Shown here: in pieces, positions 9,394-19,789 of the stretch
Numbering within the stretch: the first letter of the stretch is position 1
Layout: every line of letters begins with the position of its first letter
NCBI GenBank assembly: GCA_021734065.1
Contig: JAIPJQ010000004.1
Location: forward strand, 1-55,335
Direction of reading: 5' to 3'
Source: Fidelibacterota bacterium
GTDB taxonomy: Bacteria; Fidelibacterota; UBA8477
DNA length: 55,335 bases
Program-made: the position numbers and the translations under genes
Notes under the pieces: generated by a model
Told to the model about the DNA's origin: nothing
Database searches by the model: none
The model's input: the letters and a program-made list of their open reading frames with translations, nothing else

Positions 9394-10743
9394 ATGGCAC
9401 ATTTTAAAGTTAAGCGAGGGTATAACATTCCCCTGGCTGGCGAACCGGAACGTGTGTTGGTAAAAGGCACGCGTCCAAAACAAGCGGCCGTTCAGCCCGC
9501 AGACATTCGCAATTTTCGTCCGCAGGTTGAAGTGGGACCCGGTGCAGCCGTTAAAGTCGGTTCAGTGCTTTTTGTGGATAAGAAGCATCCGGAGATCCGT
9601 TTTCTTTCACCTGTCGCAGGAACGGTTAACGAGGTGGTGCGCGGTGAAAGGCGCCGCATCATGCGTGTTGTGGTGGATGCAGCTTCGGGTGATGATTATG
9701 AGGAATTTCCCAAATATTCTGACGATGAAATCAAACGGCTGAATTGGGAGAAAGTCCAGTCGGCCCTGCTGCAGGGAGGCTTGTGGCCGACGATTCGGCA
9801 GCGCCCGTATTCCAACATTGCCGCATTGGAAGCCACACCCAAAGCGATTTTCATTTCCGGAATGGAAACCGCTCCACTGGCGGCTGACCCAAATTTTTAC
9901 ATGCAGGGGTTGAAAGCAGACTTTCAATCCGGCATTTACGCCCTGCAGCATCTTACTGAGGGAAAGATTCACCTTTCAGTGGCGCCGGATCAGCAGGATA
10001 GTTTTGACGGGGTGGATGGTGTTGAGCAGCACACCTTTGCCGGACCCCATCCGGCCGGTAATGTGAGTGTACAGGTGTACCACATTGATCGCCTGCGCGC
10101 AGGTGAAATTATCTGGTATATCTCACCTTTTGACGTCGCCCGTATCGGACAATTGCTAAAAAACGGTCACTATCCCAATGAGACGATTGTGGCCGTGGCG
10201 GGCCCGGAATTGGAAAAGCGCCAGTATGTGAAAACTATCTCCGGTGCATCGATGGTCAGCATCCTGCCAGAGAAATTGGACGATGATGAGCAGCGGGTGC
10301 TGTCCGGGACTGTATTGGCCGGAACGAATGCATCGCTGGAAGGCTTTATCGGTTTTTATGACCACACGGTAACCGTTATTCCCGAAGTACAGAAGCGACG
10401 ACTCCTGGGGTGGTTGAGTCCCGGGTTTAACCTGGCCAGCTACGGTGGCACGTTTTTCTCATCCCTGATCAGAAATAAGAAGTTCGTCCAGAATACGGAT
10501 ATCAATGGCGATGAGCGGGCGTTTGTGAGTACGGGGAATTATGAAAAAGTCATGCCCATGGACATTCTGCCGGTGCATCTGGCCAAAGCGGTGCTTGTGG
10601 AAGATATTGAGCTGATGGAAAAGCTCGGTATTTTGGAGGTTGCTCCGGAAGATTTTGCGCTGTGTACATACATCTGTCCTTCAAAGATTGAATTCGGCGA
10701 GATCATCGAACACGGCTTAACACTGATTGAGAAGGAAGGTTAA
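9394..10743 (+). CDS. nqrA: Na(+)-translocating NADH:quinone reductase subunit A
   Basis: FKVKRGYNIPLAGEP, FLSPVAGTV, IRQRPYS, GPHPAGNV, EDFALCTYICPSK; start moved to ATG 9394. Confidence 0.96.
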   Translation: MAHFKVKRGYNIPLAGEPERVLVKGTRPKQAAVQPADIRNFRPQVEVGPGAAVKVGSVLFVDKKHPEIRFLSPVAGTVNEVVRGERRRIMRVVVDAASGDDYEEFPKYSDDEIKRLNWEKVQSALLQGGLWPTIRQRPYSNIAALEATPKAIFISGMETAPLAADPNFYMQGLKADFQSGIYALQHLTEGKIHLSVAPDQQDSFDGVDGVEQHTFAGPHPAGNVSVQVYHIDRLRAGEIIWYISPFDVARIGQLLKNGHYPNETIVAVAGPELEKRQYVKTISGASMVSILPEKLDDDEQRVLSGTVLAGTNASLEGFIGFYDHTVTVIPEVQKRRLLGWLSPGFNLASYGGTFFSSLIRNKKFVQNTDINGDERAFVSTGNYEKVMPMDILPVHLAKAVLVEDIELMEKLGILEVAPEDFALCTYICPSKIEFGEIIEHGLTLIEKEG

Positions 10744-10746
10744 GCG

Positions 10747-11886
10747 ATGAGTATGGAACAATTTTTCACCCGGCTGGAGGAACGCGTCTCAAAAAGCCCT
10801 GTTAAGTGGTTTGCGCCGCTTATTGAGGCGACTCACTCCTTCCTTCTGACACCCGGGCGCGCTACCCGCAGAGGTCCTTTTGTTCGGGACAACATTGATT
10901 TGAAGCGCTATATGTTTGTAGTGGTTGTTGCACTGCTGCCTGTCATCGCCATGAGTATTTACAATATTGGCCGCCAGGCCGGAATCACTGAATTCTGGCC
11001 CGCCATCTGGAAAGGGCTTATGGTGATGGTTCCGGTGATCGTCGTCTCCTACGCGGTGGGCGGATTCTGGGAGTCGATCTTCGCCAAAATCCGCGGTCAC
11101 GAGATCAATGAAGGGTTGTTGGTAACGGGAATTCTCTTTCCGCTGACCCTGCCGCCCACTATCCCGTTGTGGCAGGTTGCCATCGGTATCTCATTCGGGA
11201 TAATTATTGGAAAAGAGGTCTTTGGCGGCACCGGAATGAACCTGCTAAATCCCGCGCTCACCGCCCGGGCATTTTTATTCTTCACCTACCCCGGAAATAT
11301 TTCAGGTGACCGGGTTTGGGCGGCTGTAGATGGTTTTTCAACTGCCACACCGCTGGCAACCGCAGCGGCCACTGATGGCAACGCGATTGAGGCTCTGCGC
11401 GCTGGTTCCATGGATTATTCCTGGTTGAATATGTTCAATGGACATATTCCCGGCAGCATGGGTGAAACCTCAACCCTGGCGATCCTCATTGGCGCCGCGA
11501 TTCTGCTTATCACCGGAATTGGAAGCTGGCGGATCATGCTGGCGACCCTGCTGGGTGGATTAGGGATGGCCAGTATTATTTATTTCTTAGCCGGTTCATC
11601 CGCCACGGGAATGATGTCCCTGCCTCCCACTTATCATCTGGTCATGGGTGGATTTATGTTTGGGACGGTATTTATGACCACGGATCCGGTATCGGCGGCC
11701 GGTACAAACACGGGAAAATGGCTTTACGGTATTCTCATTGGCGTTATGGTCATTCTGATCCGCACATTTAACCCGGCCTACCCGGAGGGGATGATGCTGG
11801 CAATTTTGTTCGGAAATGTTTTCTCACCGCTCATTGATCACTTTGTGGTCCAGGCGAATATCAAGAGGAGACTGCGGCATGTATAG
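10747..11886 (+). CDS. nqrB: Na(+)-NQR subunit B
   Basis: RDNIDLKRYM, NEGLLVTG, KEVFGGTGMNLLNPAL, DGFSTATPL (FMN-Thr site), PGSMGETS, NPAYPEGMMLAILF. Confidence 0.96.
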   Translation: MSMEQFFTRLEERVSKSPVKWFAPLIEATHSFLLTPGRATRRGPFVRDNIDLKRYMFVVVVALLPVIAMSIYNIGRQAGITEFWPAIWKGLMVMVPVIVVSYAVGGFWESIFAKIRGHEINEGLLVTGILFPLTLPPTIPLWQVAIGISFGIIIGKEVFGGTGMNLLNPALTARAFLFFTYPGNISGDRVWAAVDGFSTATPLATAAATDGNAIEALRAGSMDYSWLNMFNGHIPGSMGETSTLAILIGAAILLITGIGSWRIMLATLLGGLGMASIIYFLAGSSATGMMSLPPTYHLVMGGFMFGTVFMTTDPVSAAGTNTGKWLYGILIGVMVILIRTFNPAYPEGMMLAILFGNVFSPLIDHFVVQANIKRRLRHV

Positions 11887-12607
11887 TAATGCATATATCC
11901 TGCGATTCGCCGCCATTATCACCATTGTGTGCGGTGTCCTGCTGGCCTCGGCAGCAACCCTGCTCAAACCCATGCAGCAGGAAAATATCCAGACAGACAT
12001 TAAAAAGAATATCCTTAAAGCAGTCAGTCTGTTGGATACCGAAAGAGAATATTCCAAACTGGAGATTCTGGATCTGTTTGACCAGCGAATGACCAGTATT
12101 GTAGTCAATCCGGGCGGTGAGGTTCTCCCGGGCTTGAAAGCGGAAGATGTGAATCCAGCTGAAGAACCCGATCTTCTGCCCATTTATCTGCTGAAAGACG
12201 ATGCCGATGAAGTGCTTGCCTACTGTATCCCCATAGATGGAAAAGGACTTTGGTCCACTATCCATGGCTATCTTGCACTTGAATCAGATCTAATCACCGT
12301 GCGCGGTGTGACATTCTATGATCACGGTGAAACACCGGGACTGGGTGGTGAAATTTCACAACAATGGTTCCAGGACAATTTCACCGGGAAGAAAATTTTG
12401 GATGAGTCGGAGAATCTGGTCTCTGTAACCATCGCAAAAGGCCAAGTAAGAGATGATGCCAAAGGTAAGGAACATCTGGTTGACGGTATCAGCGGCGCCA
12501 CACTTACCGGAGACGGCATTAACAAATTTCTCAGAGAAGACCTGGGACGGTATAACCCCTATTTTGATAAATTACGCAATCAAGACCAAAATGAGGTGGT
12601 TTCATGA
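11879..12607 (+). CDS. nqrC: Na(+)-NQR subunit C
   Basis: [31 protein letters not shown] (FMN-Thr site); start moved to ATG 11879. Confidence 0.96.
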   Translation: MYSNAYILRFAAIITIVCGVLLASAATLLKPMQQENIQTDIKKNILKAVSLLDTEREYSKLEILDLFDQRMTSIVVNPGGEVLPGLKAEDVNPAEEPDLLPIYLLKDDADEVLAYCIPIDGKGLWSTIHGYLALESDLITVRGVTFYDHGETPGLGGEISQQWFQDNFTGKKILDESENLVSVTIAKGQVRDDAKGKEHLVDGISGATLTGDGINKFLREDLGRYNPYFDKLRNQDQNEVVS

Positions 12608-13230
12608 ACATCCTCAGTGCAAAAAATATGAAGTTTGTTAAAGATCCATTGATGGACAACAATCCCATTTCCGTACAGGTTCTGGGAATTTGTTCAGCAT
12701 TGGCAGTGACGGTGCAAATGAAAACGGCGGTGGTCATGTCATTGGCCGTAATCTTTGTGCTGTCCTCTTCCAGTCTGATCATTTCCCTGATTCGCAACAA
12801 ACTTCCCTCGCAGATCCGAATTATTGTGGAGTTGGCCATCATTGCTTCACTGGTGATTTTGGTGGATCAAATTCTGAAGGCCTACCTGTATGATATCAGT
12901 AAGCAGTTAAGTGTTTTCGTGGGATTGATCATCACAAATTGTATCGTTCTGGGACGAGCCGAAGCATTCGCACTCCAACAAAAGCCATTTGCCTCGTGGC
13001 TGGATGGTATTGGGAATGCATTGGGATATAGCATGTTTCTGCTGGCGGTGGCCTTTGGCCGTGAATTGCTGGGCAGCGGAACCCTGTTTGGATACCATAT
13101 CATTCCGGAGAGCTTTTATGCCGCCGGTTATCAGAATATGGGGTTAATGGTGTTGGCACCCGGGGCATTCATTCTGCTGGGGCTCATCATCTGGCTGCAA
13201 CGAGCCGTCACCGGTACCGTTAGCGAGTAG
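12604..13230 (+). CDS. nqrD: Na(+)-NQR subunit D
   Basis: [38 protein letters not shown]. Confidence 0.97.
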   Translation: MNILSAKNMKFVKDPLMDNNPISVQVLGICSALAVTVQMKTAVVMSLAVIFVLSSSSLIISLIRNKLPSQIRIIVELAIIASLVILVDQILKAYLYDISKQLSVFVGLIITNCIVLGRAEAFALQQKPFASWLDGIGNALGYSMFLLAVAFGRELLGSGTLFGYHIIPESFYAAGYQNMGLMVLAPGAFILLGLIIWLQRAVTGTVSE

Positions 13231-13244
13231 GGCGGAGGAAAATT

Positions 13245-13853
13245 ATGGAACATTTGATTAGTCTATTTATCAAGTCCGTCTTCGTGGAGAATATCCTCCT
13301 GGCATTTTTCCTGGGAATGTGCTCCTTTCTGGCGGTCTCAAAACGGGTGGAAACAGCGATTGGTCTGGGCTTCGCGGTGATCTTTGTACTTACCATAACC
13401 GTTCCCACAAACTGGGCGATTCATGCGTTTCTGCTGGCTCCCGGGGCGTTGAGCTGGGCAGGATTACCGGAAGTGGATCTAAGCTTTTTAGGGTTTATCT
13501 CCTACATTGCGGTCATCGCCGCCATGGTCCAGTTGGTTGAGATGTTTTTGGATAAGTACAGCCCGTCACTTTATGCATCTCTGGGAATTTTTCTACCATT
13601 AATCGCCGTGAATTGTGCCATTCTGGGTAGTTCACTCTTTATGGTGGAACGCGAATACAATCTGAGTGAATCAGTCGTCTTCGGACTGGGTTCCGGGACC
13701 GGCTTTGCGCTGGCGATCATCGCCATGTCAGCCATTCGTGAGAAAATCCGCTATTCCAATATTCCCATGGGATTACGCGGACTGGGTATAACCATGTTAA
13801 TCACCGGACTCATGGCCATCGCGTTTATGAGTTTTTCCGGTATTGCTCTTTAA
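13245..13853 (+). CDS. nqrE: Na(+)-NQR subunit E
   Basis: [35 protein letters not shown]. Confidence 0.97.
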   Translation: MEHLISLFIKSVFVENILLAFFLGMCSFLAVSKRVETAIGLGFAVIFVLTITVPTNWAIHAFLLAPGALSWAGLPEVDLSFLGFISYIAVIAAMVQLVEMFLDKYSPSLYASLGIFLPLIAVNCAILGSSLFMVEREYNLSESVVFGLGSGTGFALAIIAMSAIREKIRYSNIPMGLRGLGITMLITGLMAIAFMSFSGIAL

Positions 13854-13865
13854 GGGGGACGACGC

Positions 13866-15095
13866 GTGAATAACACCGTTGGATTAATTGTCCTCAGTAC
13901 AGTTGTTTTCACAGGCACTATCCAGATTCTGGTGATACTGCTGAACTACGCTTCATCCAAGCTTGTGAATAAAGGCAAAGTGAAAATCCTTATCAATGAC
14001 GATGAGGAAAAATCCCCGGAGGTTAAAGCTGGCAGCACGCTGCTCAATACATTGGCCGATGAGAAAATCTTCCTGCCGTCCGCGTGTGGTGGCGGTGGAA
14101 CCTGCGGGATGTGTAAATGCCAGATCCTGGAGGGCGGCGGTGATGTACTGCCCACGGAAAAGACATTGCTGAACCGGGCGGAAATGAAGGATCACGTGCG
14201 CTTAACATGTCAGGTGAAAGTGAAAAATGACATGAAAATCCACATTCCTGAGGAAATCTTCAGCATCCAGAAATGGGAGTGCAAGGTCCTCAGCAATAAG
14301 AATGTGGCCACCTTCATCAAAGAGCTTATTCTCAAATTGCCGGAAGGGGAAAATCTCAACTTTCGGGCTGGCGGCTACATCCAGATTGACATCCCACCCT
14401 ATGAGCTCAACTATTCTGATTTCGATATTGATGAAGAATACCGCGAAGATTGGGATAAGTACAATATGTGGAAGTACCATTCCAAGCTGGATGAGCCAAT
14501 CTTTCGGGCTTATTCAATGGCTAACCATCCTGCGGAAGGAAACATCGTGATGCTCAATGTGCGCATCGCCAGTCCGCCTCCCGGAATGGATGTCCCACCG
14601 GGCAAAGCGTCTTCCTACATTTTTAACCTGAAACCCGGCGACAGAGTGACCGTTAGCGGTCCCTACGGTGAATTTTTCGCTCAGGAAACCAATAGCGAAA
14701 TGCTCTACATCGGTGGCGGTGCCGGAATGGCGCCTATGCGCAGTCATATCTTCGACCTGTTCTATACAAAAAATACCAAACGCAAAGTTTCCTTCTGGTA
14801 TGGCGCTCGTTCGGTGCGTGAAATGTTCTATGACGACGAATTCAAAAAGCTGGCGAAAGAATATCCCAATTTCAGCTACAATGTGGCTTTGTCGGATCCA
14901 TTACCCGCTGATAACTGGAAGGGACCGGTGGGATTCATCCATCAGGTTGTTCTGGAAAACTACCTGAATGACCATCCGGCACCAGAGGATATCGAATACT
15001 ACATGTGCGGACCGCCACCCATGATTGCAGCAGTGAATAAAATGCTGTATAATCTGGGTGTTGATAAGGATATGATCTATTACGATGAATTCTAG
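13866..15095 (+). CDS. nqrF: Na(+)-NQR subunit F (NADH-oxidising, 2Fe-2S/FAD)
   Basis: [12 protein letters not shown]...RLTCQ 2Fe-2S motif, [31 protein letters not shown]. Confidence 0.97.
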   Translation: MNNTVGLIVLSTVVFTGTIQILVILLNYASSKLVNKGKVKILINDDEEKSPEVKAGSTLLNTLADEKIFLPSACGGGGTCGMCKCQILEGGGDVLPTEKTLLNRAEMKDHVRLTCQVKVKNDMKIHIPEEIFSIQKWECKVLSNKNVATFIKELILKLPEGENLNFRAGGYIQIDIPPYELNYSDFDIDEEYREDWDKYNMWKYHSKLDEPIFRAYSMANHPAEGNIVMLNVRIASPPPGMDVPPGKASSYIFNLKPGDRVTVSGPYGEFFAQETNSEMLYIGGGAGMAPMRSHIFDLFYTKNTKRKVSFWYGARSVREMFYDDEFKKLAKEYPNFSYNVALSDPLPADNWKGPVGFIHQVVLENYLNDHPAPEDIEYYMCGPPPMIAAVNKMLYNLGVDKDMIYYDEF

Positions 15096-16173
15096 CCTGA
15101 ACCAGCCGACGATTAAAAAGAAAAAGCAAAAACAGGCCCGTTTCATCGCGGGTCTGTTTTTCATTTGGACGCTGGCACTGTGGAATTGCGCCCCTTCCGG
15201 GGAACCTGCGCTTTCCGAAACCTCCTTCGCCGGCTTCACCATGGGCACGACCTACCACATCCGTATTGTAGATATGCTGCTCACGGATCCACAATCCCGG
15301 CACATCCATCAGGGTGTGGATAGTTTGCTGGAATTCATAAATCTCTCAATGTCCACCTATATCGACTCCAGTGAAATTTCCCGATTCAATCAATCTATCG
15401 ATACAACACCGCAACCGGTTTCAGCACCACTGGCACAGGTACTCAAAACCAGTCTTGAAATCGGCCGAAGTTCCAGTGGCGCGTTGGATATTACGGTCAT
15501 GCCACTGGTTAATTTCTATGGTTTTGGTTACCAACAGGGCGCAACACATCTGCCCACTAAACCGGAGTTGGATTCCCTGCAACGACTTATGGGTTTGCAT
15601 CATCTTGTGGTGACCGACTCTACCATCCAAAAACAAATCAGCGCCCTGAGTTTGGATTTAGGAGCCATTGCCAAGGGGTTTGGTGTGGATGCGGTGGGTG
15701 ATTTTCTCCTTCATGCGGGGGTTGAAAATTTCATGGTAGAAATTGGTGGTGAAGTGTTGGGGCGTGGTGTGAATAGCCGTGGGCAGCCCTGGCAAATCGG
15801 TATTGACCGACCCGTATTCGACCAGGAACCGGGACGCCAATTGCAACATGTGATTCAACTGAAAGACCTGACCATTGCCACGTCCGGGGATTATCGAAAT
15901 TACCGCGAGGTGGATGGAAAACGGATTTCTCATACCATTGATCCGCGGACGGGAAAGCCTATTGAACACCGATTGGCGGCGGTATCCATCATTGCTCCCA
16001 CTTGCATGATAGCCGATGCCAGCGCCACCGCGGTGATGGTGCTGGGAGAAGAAGCCGGTCTCAAATGGTTAGAACAACGTCTTGAGATAGAGGGGCTGCT
16101 CATCGTGCGTGAATCAAATGGAACGTTTCGTGAATTACAATCCAGCGGTTTTTCTAAATATATCGTGAAATAG
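15085..16173 (+). CDS. apbE: FAD:protein FMN transferase (lipoprotein)
   Basis: [50 protein letters not shown]; lipobox-like LWNC. Confidence 0.95.
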   Translation: MNSSLNQPTIKKKKQKQARFIAGLFFIWTLALWNCAPSGEPALSETSFAGFTMGTTYHIRIVDMLLTDPQSRHIHQGVDSLLEFINLSMSTYIDSSEISRFNQSIDTTPQPVSAPLAQVLKTSLEIGRSSSGALDITVMPLVNFYGFGYQQGATHLPTKPELDSLQRLMGLHHLVVTDSTIQKQISALSLDLGAIAKGFGVDAVGDFLLHAGVENFMVEIGGEVLGRGVNSRGQPWQIGIDRPVFDQEPGRQLQHVIQLKDLTIATSGDYRNYREVDGKRISHTIDPRTGKPIEHRLAAVSIIAPTCMIADASATAVMVLGEEAGLKWLEQRLEIEGLLIVRESNGTFRELQSSGFSKYIVK

Positions 16174-16204
16174 CGAATCACTCGAGCAACTCTCAATTGT
16201 CATT

Positions 16205-16230
16205 AAAAAAGGCCGTTTCATCAACGGCCT
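16205..16230 (-). terminator. Intrinsic terminator between convergent apbE and the NqrM-like gene
   Basis: Perfect 8-bp stem AGGCCGTT/AACGGCCT (16210-16217/16223-16230); A6 tract on the left gives a minus-strand U-tract. Confidence 0.75.
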
Positions 16231-16267
16231 CTCATGAACTTGACTTTTGAACTCTAGTCAGCGGATT

Positions 16268-16588
16268 TCACTCCTGCCTGCCCTTCAGATGATCCCAATA
16301 GCGCAAATTTTCAATCATCCGATTGCGGGGTTTGCCGTCGTAAGCCTCCTCAGAAATAATGTCCTGACGATTGGGGTAACCAACCTTGGCAAGGGTCGTA
16401 AAGTGATCCTGTTTTTCCACCGCCTCATTAGGACAGAATGCACAACTCACCTTTTCGCCATGAGAATCCAATTGGGCAGTGGCAGAACACTCCATGTGAA
16501 TATTGTTCTTTCCGGTGAGTACATAGGTAATGCCCATTAGCACCAGCGCTGTTCCAAAAATTAGCAGGGTTAACAGTAATTCAGTCAT
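16268..16588 (-). CDS. Small single-TM Cys-containing protein, NqrM (DUF539)-like
   Basis: N-terminal TM helix, then GKNNIHMECSA...GEKVSCAFCP, resembling the NqrM pattern (K..IKGSCGG...CxCP); adjacent to nqr/apbE. Confidence 0.6.
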   Translation of the reverse strand: MTELLLTLLIFGTALVLMGITYVLTGKNNIHMECSATAQLDSHGEKVSCAFCPNEAVEKQDHFTTLAKVGYPNRQDIISEEAYDGKPRNRMIENLRYWDHLKGRQE

Positions 16589-16641
16589 CTTTATCGCTTT
16601 CTCTCATTGGTTTAATATAAATGCGGGATTGGTGAAAATGT

Positions 16642-16986
16642 TCACCCTTTTACCTGAAAACCCTCTGATTTCAGGTATGCCCGGATGCGATCCCGGTGTT
16701 CACCCTGCAATTCAATGGTTCCGTCTTTCACCGTACCACCGGCGCTCACCAGATTCTTCAGCGTGCGACTCAACGCTTTCATGTCCTGTACACCCGAGAG
16801 GTCGTACAAAACTGTGGTGGGCTTTCCTTTGCGCTTCTCCATCCGTAGTTTGGCAATTTTCACAGTACCCCCTCCGTCCAATTCATCATCATCGCACAAA
16901 CATTGACCGGGAAGTTGACCACATCTTGGACAGGGCTCCACCAGCGCCCAACCGCTTCCGCTTGTTTTCTTTCTGGATTTTGCCAT
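16642..16986 (-). CDS. yciH: SUI1/YciH family translation initiation factor homolog
   Basis: RMEKRKGKPTTVL, LKNLVSAGGTVKDGTIELQGEHRD; N-terminal CPRC..CLC. Confidence 0.88.
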   Translation of the reverse strand: MAKSRKKTSGSGWALVEPCPRCGQLPGQCLCDDDELDGGGTVKIAKLRMEKRKGKPTTVLYDLSGVQDMKALSRTLKNLVSAGGTVKDGTIELQGEHRDRIRAYLKSEGFQVKG

Positions 16987-17093
16987 GAACTATCACAACT
17001 GGTTAAAGGTATTGGTCAGGTAAATATTCAAATATAAGCCGGGTCACTATGAACCAACCCGGCTTGATTGGCCATTTTCCCTTTGCATCCGCC

Positions 17094-18431
17094 CTATTTC
17101 ATCAAACCGGTTTTGAAAGCATTGGTGATAATGGTTTCAAGTGTGGGTTCACCGATTTCCTGCAGTTTGTACAATACCCGGGTGGAGGGTTTGTCGATTT
17201 TGATCACCCGGCGCAGATCGATGGGTGTTCCAATGATCACGGCATCACAATCCGCGTTGGCGATGGTGGTTTCCAGATCTTTCATCTGTTCCTCGCCGTA
17301 ACCCATTGCCGGCAGGAGATCGCCGATATCTTCGTACTTTTCAAAGGTTTCGGTGATTTTTCCGACAGTAAACGGTCTCGGATCCACCAACTCAGCAGCG
17401 CCAAATTTGTCGGCGGCAACTACACCGGCACCATAGGTCATTTCACCATGTGTGAGAGTGGGTCCATCCTCCACGACCAATACGCGCGCATCCCGGATCA
17501 CATCCGGATTATCCACATAAATGGGCGATGCCGCGTCGATCACGATCGCTTCCGGATTGACCCAGTCGATACTGTCACGTACTTCCTGAATGCCTTCCAT
17601 ATTGGCTGTATCCATTTTATTGATCACCACCACGTCAGCCATCATCAGGTTCGTCTCACCGGGATAATAGGAAATCTCATGACCCGGGCGGTGGGGATCC
17701 ACCACGGTGATCATCATGTCTGGAATGTAAAATGGCATATCGTTATTACCACCATCCCAGACGATCACGTCGGCTTCTTTTTCGGCTTCCTGCAGAATGG
17801 CCTCGTAATCCACGCCCGCGTAAACCACCGTGCCATTCATGATGTGGGGTTCGTATTCTTCCATCTCTTCAATGGTGCAATCGTGTTTTTTCAAATCCTC
17901 CAGCGTGGCAAACCGCTGGACTTTCTGCTTCACCAGATCACCGTAAGGCATGGGATGACGGATGGCCACCACCTTCTTGCCCTGGGCTTTGAGAATGTCG
18001 CACATGCGCCGGGTGGTCTGGGATTTACCACAGCCGGTACGCACCGCACAAACCGCAATGACTGGTTTTTCCGACTTCAACATGGTGCGCTTGGCACCCA
18101 TCATTCTGAAATCCGCGCCTGCGGCATTCACCAAAGCGGCTTTGTGCATGAGGGTATCATAGGAAACATCGCTGTACGCGAAAACCACCTCATCAATATC
18201 CATCTCGTCAATTAATTCCTCCAGATCATCCTCTGAATAGATTGGAATCCCTTCCGGATATAACACGCCTGCCAGTTCAGCAGGATATTTTCGGCCGTCA
18301 ATATCGGGGATCTGAGTCGCCGTAAAAGCCACCACCTCATACGCGGGATTATCACGATAGTACACATTGAAATTGTGAAAATCCCGACCCGCTGCCCCCA
18401 TAATGATTACTCGAATGCGTTCATCACTCAT
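17094..18431 (-). CDS. COG2403-type P-loop protein (usually annotated cyclic 2,3-diphosphoglycerate synthetase/GTPase); probable arginine synthetase ArcE
   Basis: IMGAAGRDFHNFN, VVAFTATQIP, AVRTGCGKSQT, IRHPMPYGDL, CTIEEMEEYEPH, WDGGNND, VEDGPTLTHG, LPAMGYG. Family is confident; function is inferred. Confidence 0.8.
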   Translation of the reverse strand: MSDERIRVIIMGAAGRDFHNFNVYYRDNPAYEVVAFTATQIPDIDGRKYPAELAGVLYPEGIPIYSEDDLEELIDEMDIDEVVFAYSDVSYDTLMHKAALVNAAGADFRMMGAKRTMLKSEKPVIAVCAVRTGCGKSQTTRRMCDILKAQGKKVVAIRHPMPYGDLVKQKVQRFATLEDLKKHDCTIEEMEEYEPHIMNGTVVYAGVDYEAILQEAEKEADVIVWDGGNNDMPFYIPDMMITVVDPHRPGHEISYYPGETNLMMADVVVINKMDTANMEGIQEVRDSIDWVNPEAIVIDAASPIYVDNPDVIRDARVLVVEDGPTLTHGEMTYGAGVVAADKFGAAELVDPRPFTVGKITETFEKYEDIGDLLPAMGYGEEQMKDLETTIANADCDAVIIGTPIDLRRVIKIDKPSTRVLYKLQEIGEPTLETIITNAFKTGLMK

Positions 18432-18451
18432 AATATGCTCCTTTAATAACT

Positions 18452-18464
18452 TGCATAAAGTTCA
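18452..18464. promoter_or_regulatory. ARG-box-like (ArgR operator) site upstream of the ArcE-like gene
   Basis: TGCATAAAGTTCA matches 12/13 positions of TGMATwwwATKCA; lies 21-33 nt upstream of the ATG at 18431. Confidence 0.35.
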
Positions 18465-18605
18465 TAACGCCATTCCCGGAAATTGCCGTTCGGTCATGGA
18501 CATATTTACACTGATTTGATTGCTCGGCACCCTCACCCCGGTTGCAAATTACAGGCCAGCAAGGGAGTTTAGCTGTAATGTCCCAGACCGCACCGCTGCT
18601 GAAAT

Positions 18606-19646
18606 TTACCCGTAACTGACATTCGTTATAAGCGCATCATCCATGCCCGGCCTGACCTGACCTTCATGGGGATGATTTTGGAAGTAACTGATCATATCCT
18701 GAATGCTGGCATACATTTCCGACGCCGACTGCATGCGTACCAATTGCTGACGATAGTTAGAGGCGTTGTGAAAACCCTTGAGATACCATCCCAAGTGTTT
18801 TTTCATGAAATTGGCACCGGCACGTTCGCCCCGGTCACGCATTTCCAGTTCCAAATGGTATTTACACAATTCCAGCCGCTCCAGAACCGTCGGTGGGAGT
18901 GGTGTTTCACCTGTTGACAGGTAGTGGTTAATCTCCTGAAATATCCAGGGGTTACCCAGGCTGCGACGCCCCACCATCACTGCATCACAACCAGTTTCGT
19001 CCAGCATTCTCCGAGCGTCCTGGGCAGATGTGATATCACCATTCCCAATCACCGGAATTTTCACGCGAGATTTCACCTCTCCGATCAACTCCCATTTGGC
19101 CTTTCCGGTGTAGAGCATTTTGGTGGTGCGGGGATGAATGGTCAACGCGCTGATTCCAGCCGTCTCCAGCAATTGTGCAGATTCTGGAGCATTAATGCAG
19201 GAAAAGTCCCAGCCCGCACGGATTTTAGCGGTAACCGGTATATCCACCGCCGCCACCACCGCCCGGGTGATTTCATCCATCCGCGGCAGGTCTTTCAGAA
19301 TGGCTGAACCCGCGCCTTTTTTGGTGATTTTCGGCACCGGACAGCCGAAGTTCAGATCAATTAAGTCCGGCTTAACGGTATCTTGAATATAGCGGGCACT
19401 TTCGGCCAGAACCTCTGCCGACTCACCGAAAATTTGCACACCGATGGGGCGCTCTTCTTCCTCGTAGCGCATCATCTGCAAAGTTTTGTCATTTCCACGG
19501 ATAATGCCATTGGCACTGACGAATTCGGTATACACCATTCCGGCACCCATGCGACGACAGATCATCCGAAAAGCATGGTCGGTGACACCTGCCATGGGAG
19601 CCAGGACGACTTTACTGCTAACGGTTATGTTTTTAATTCGAAGCAT
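18606..19646 (-). CDS. dusB: tRNA-dihydrouridine synthase DusB
   Basis: LAPMAGVTD, YTEFVSA, IDLNFGCP, GAGSAIL, IHPRT, IPVIGNGDI, MVGRRSLGNPWIF. Confidence 0.93.
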   Translation of the reverse strand: MLRIKNITVSSKVVLAPMAGVTDHAFRMICRRMGAGMVYTEFVSANGIIRGNDKTLQMMRYEEEERPIGVQIFGESAEVLAESARYIQDTVKPDLIDLNFGCPVPKITKKGAGSAILKDLPRMDEITRAVVAAVDIPVTAKIRAGWDFSCINAPESAQLLETAGISALTIHPRTTKMLYTGKAKWELIGEVKSRVKIPVIGNGDITSAQDARRMLDETGCDAVMVGRRSLGNPWIFQEINHYLSTGETPLPPTVLERLELCKYHLELEMRDRGERAGANFMKKHLGWYLKGFHNASNYRQQLVRMQSASEMYASIQDMISYFQNHPHEGQVRPGMDDALITNVSYG

Positions 19647-19789
19647 TGGTGGAAAATAATTCTCCGCCTTCCCTTCACAACCGGATTTAGCTCAACATTT
19701 TTGCTTACTTTCCATCGCGATTTATCCTAAACTATCCATTGTCATCAAACACTTTTTCACATCTTATGTTTACCTACGGGAGGGAAAAT

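Noticed and set aside
17049-18215. 388-aa plus-strand ORF
   Set aside because: Exact antisense shadow of the well-conserved ArcE-like gene, with no recognisable motifs
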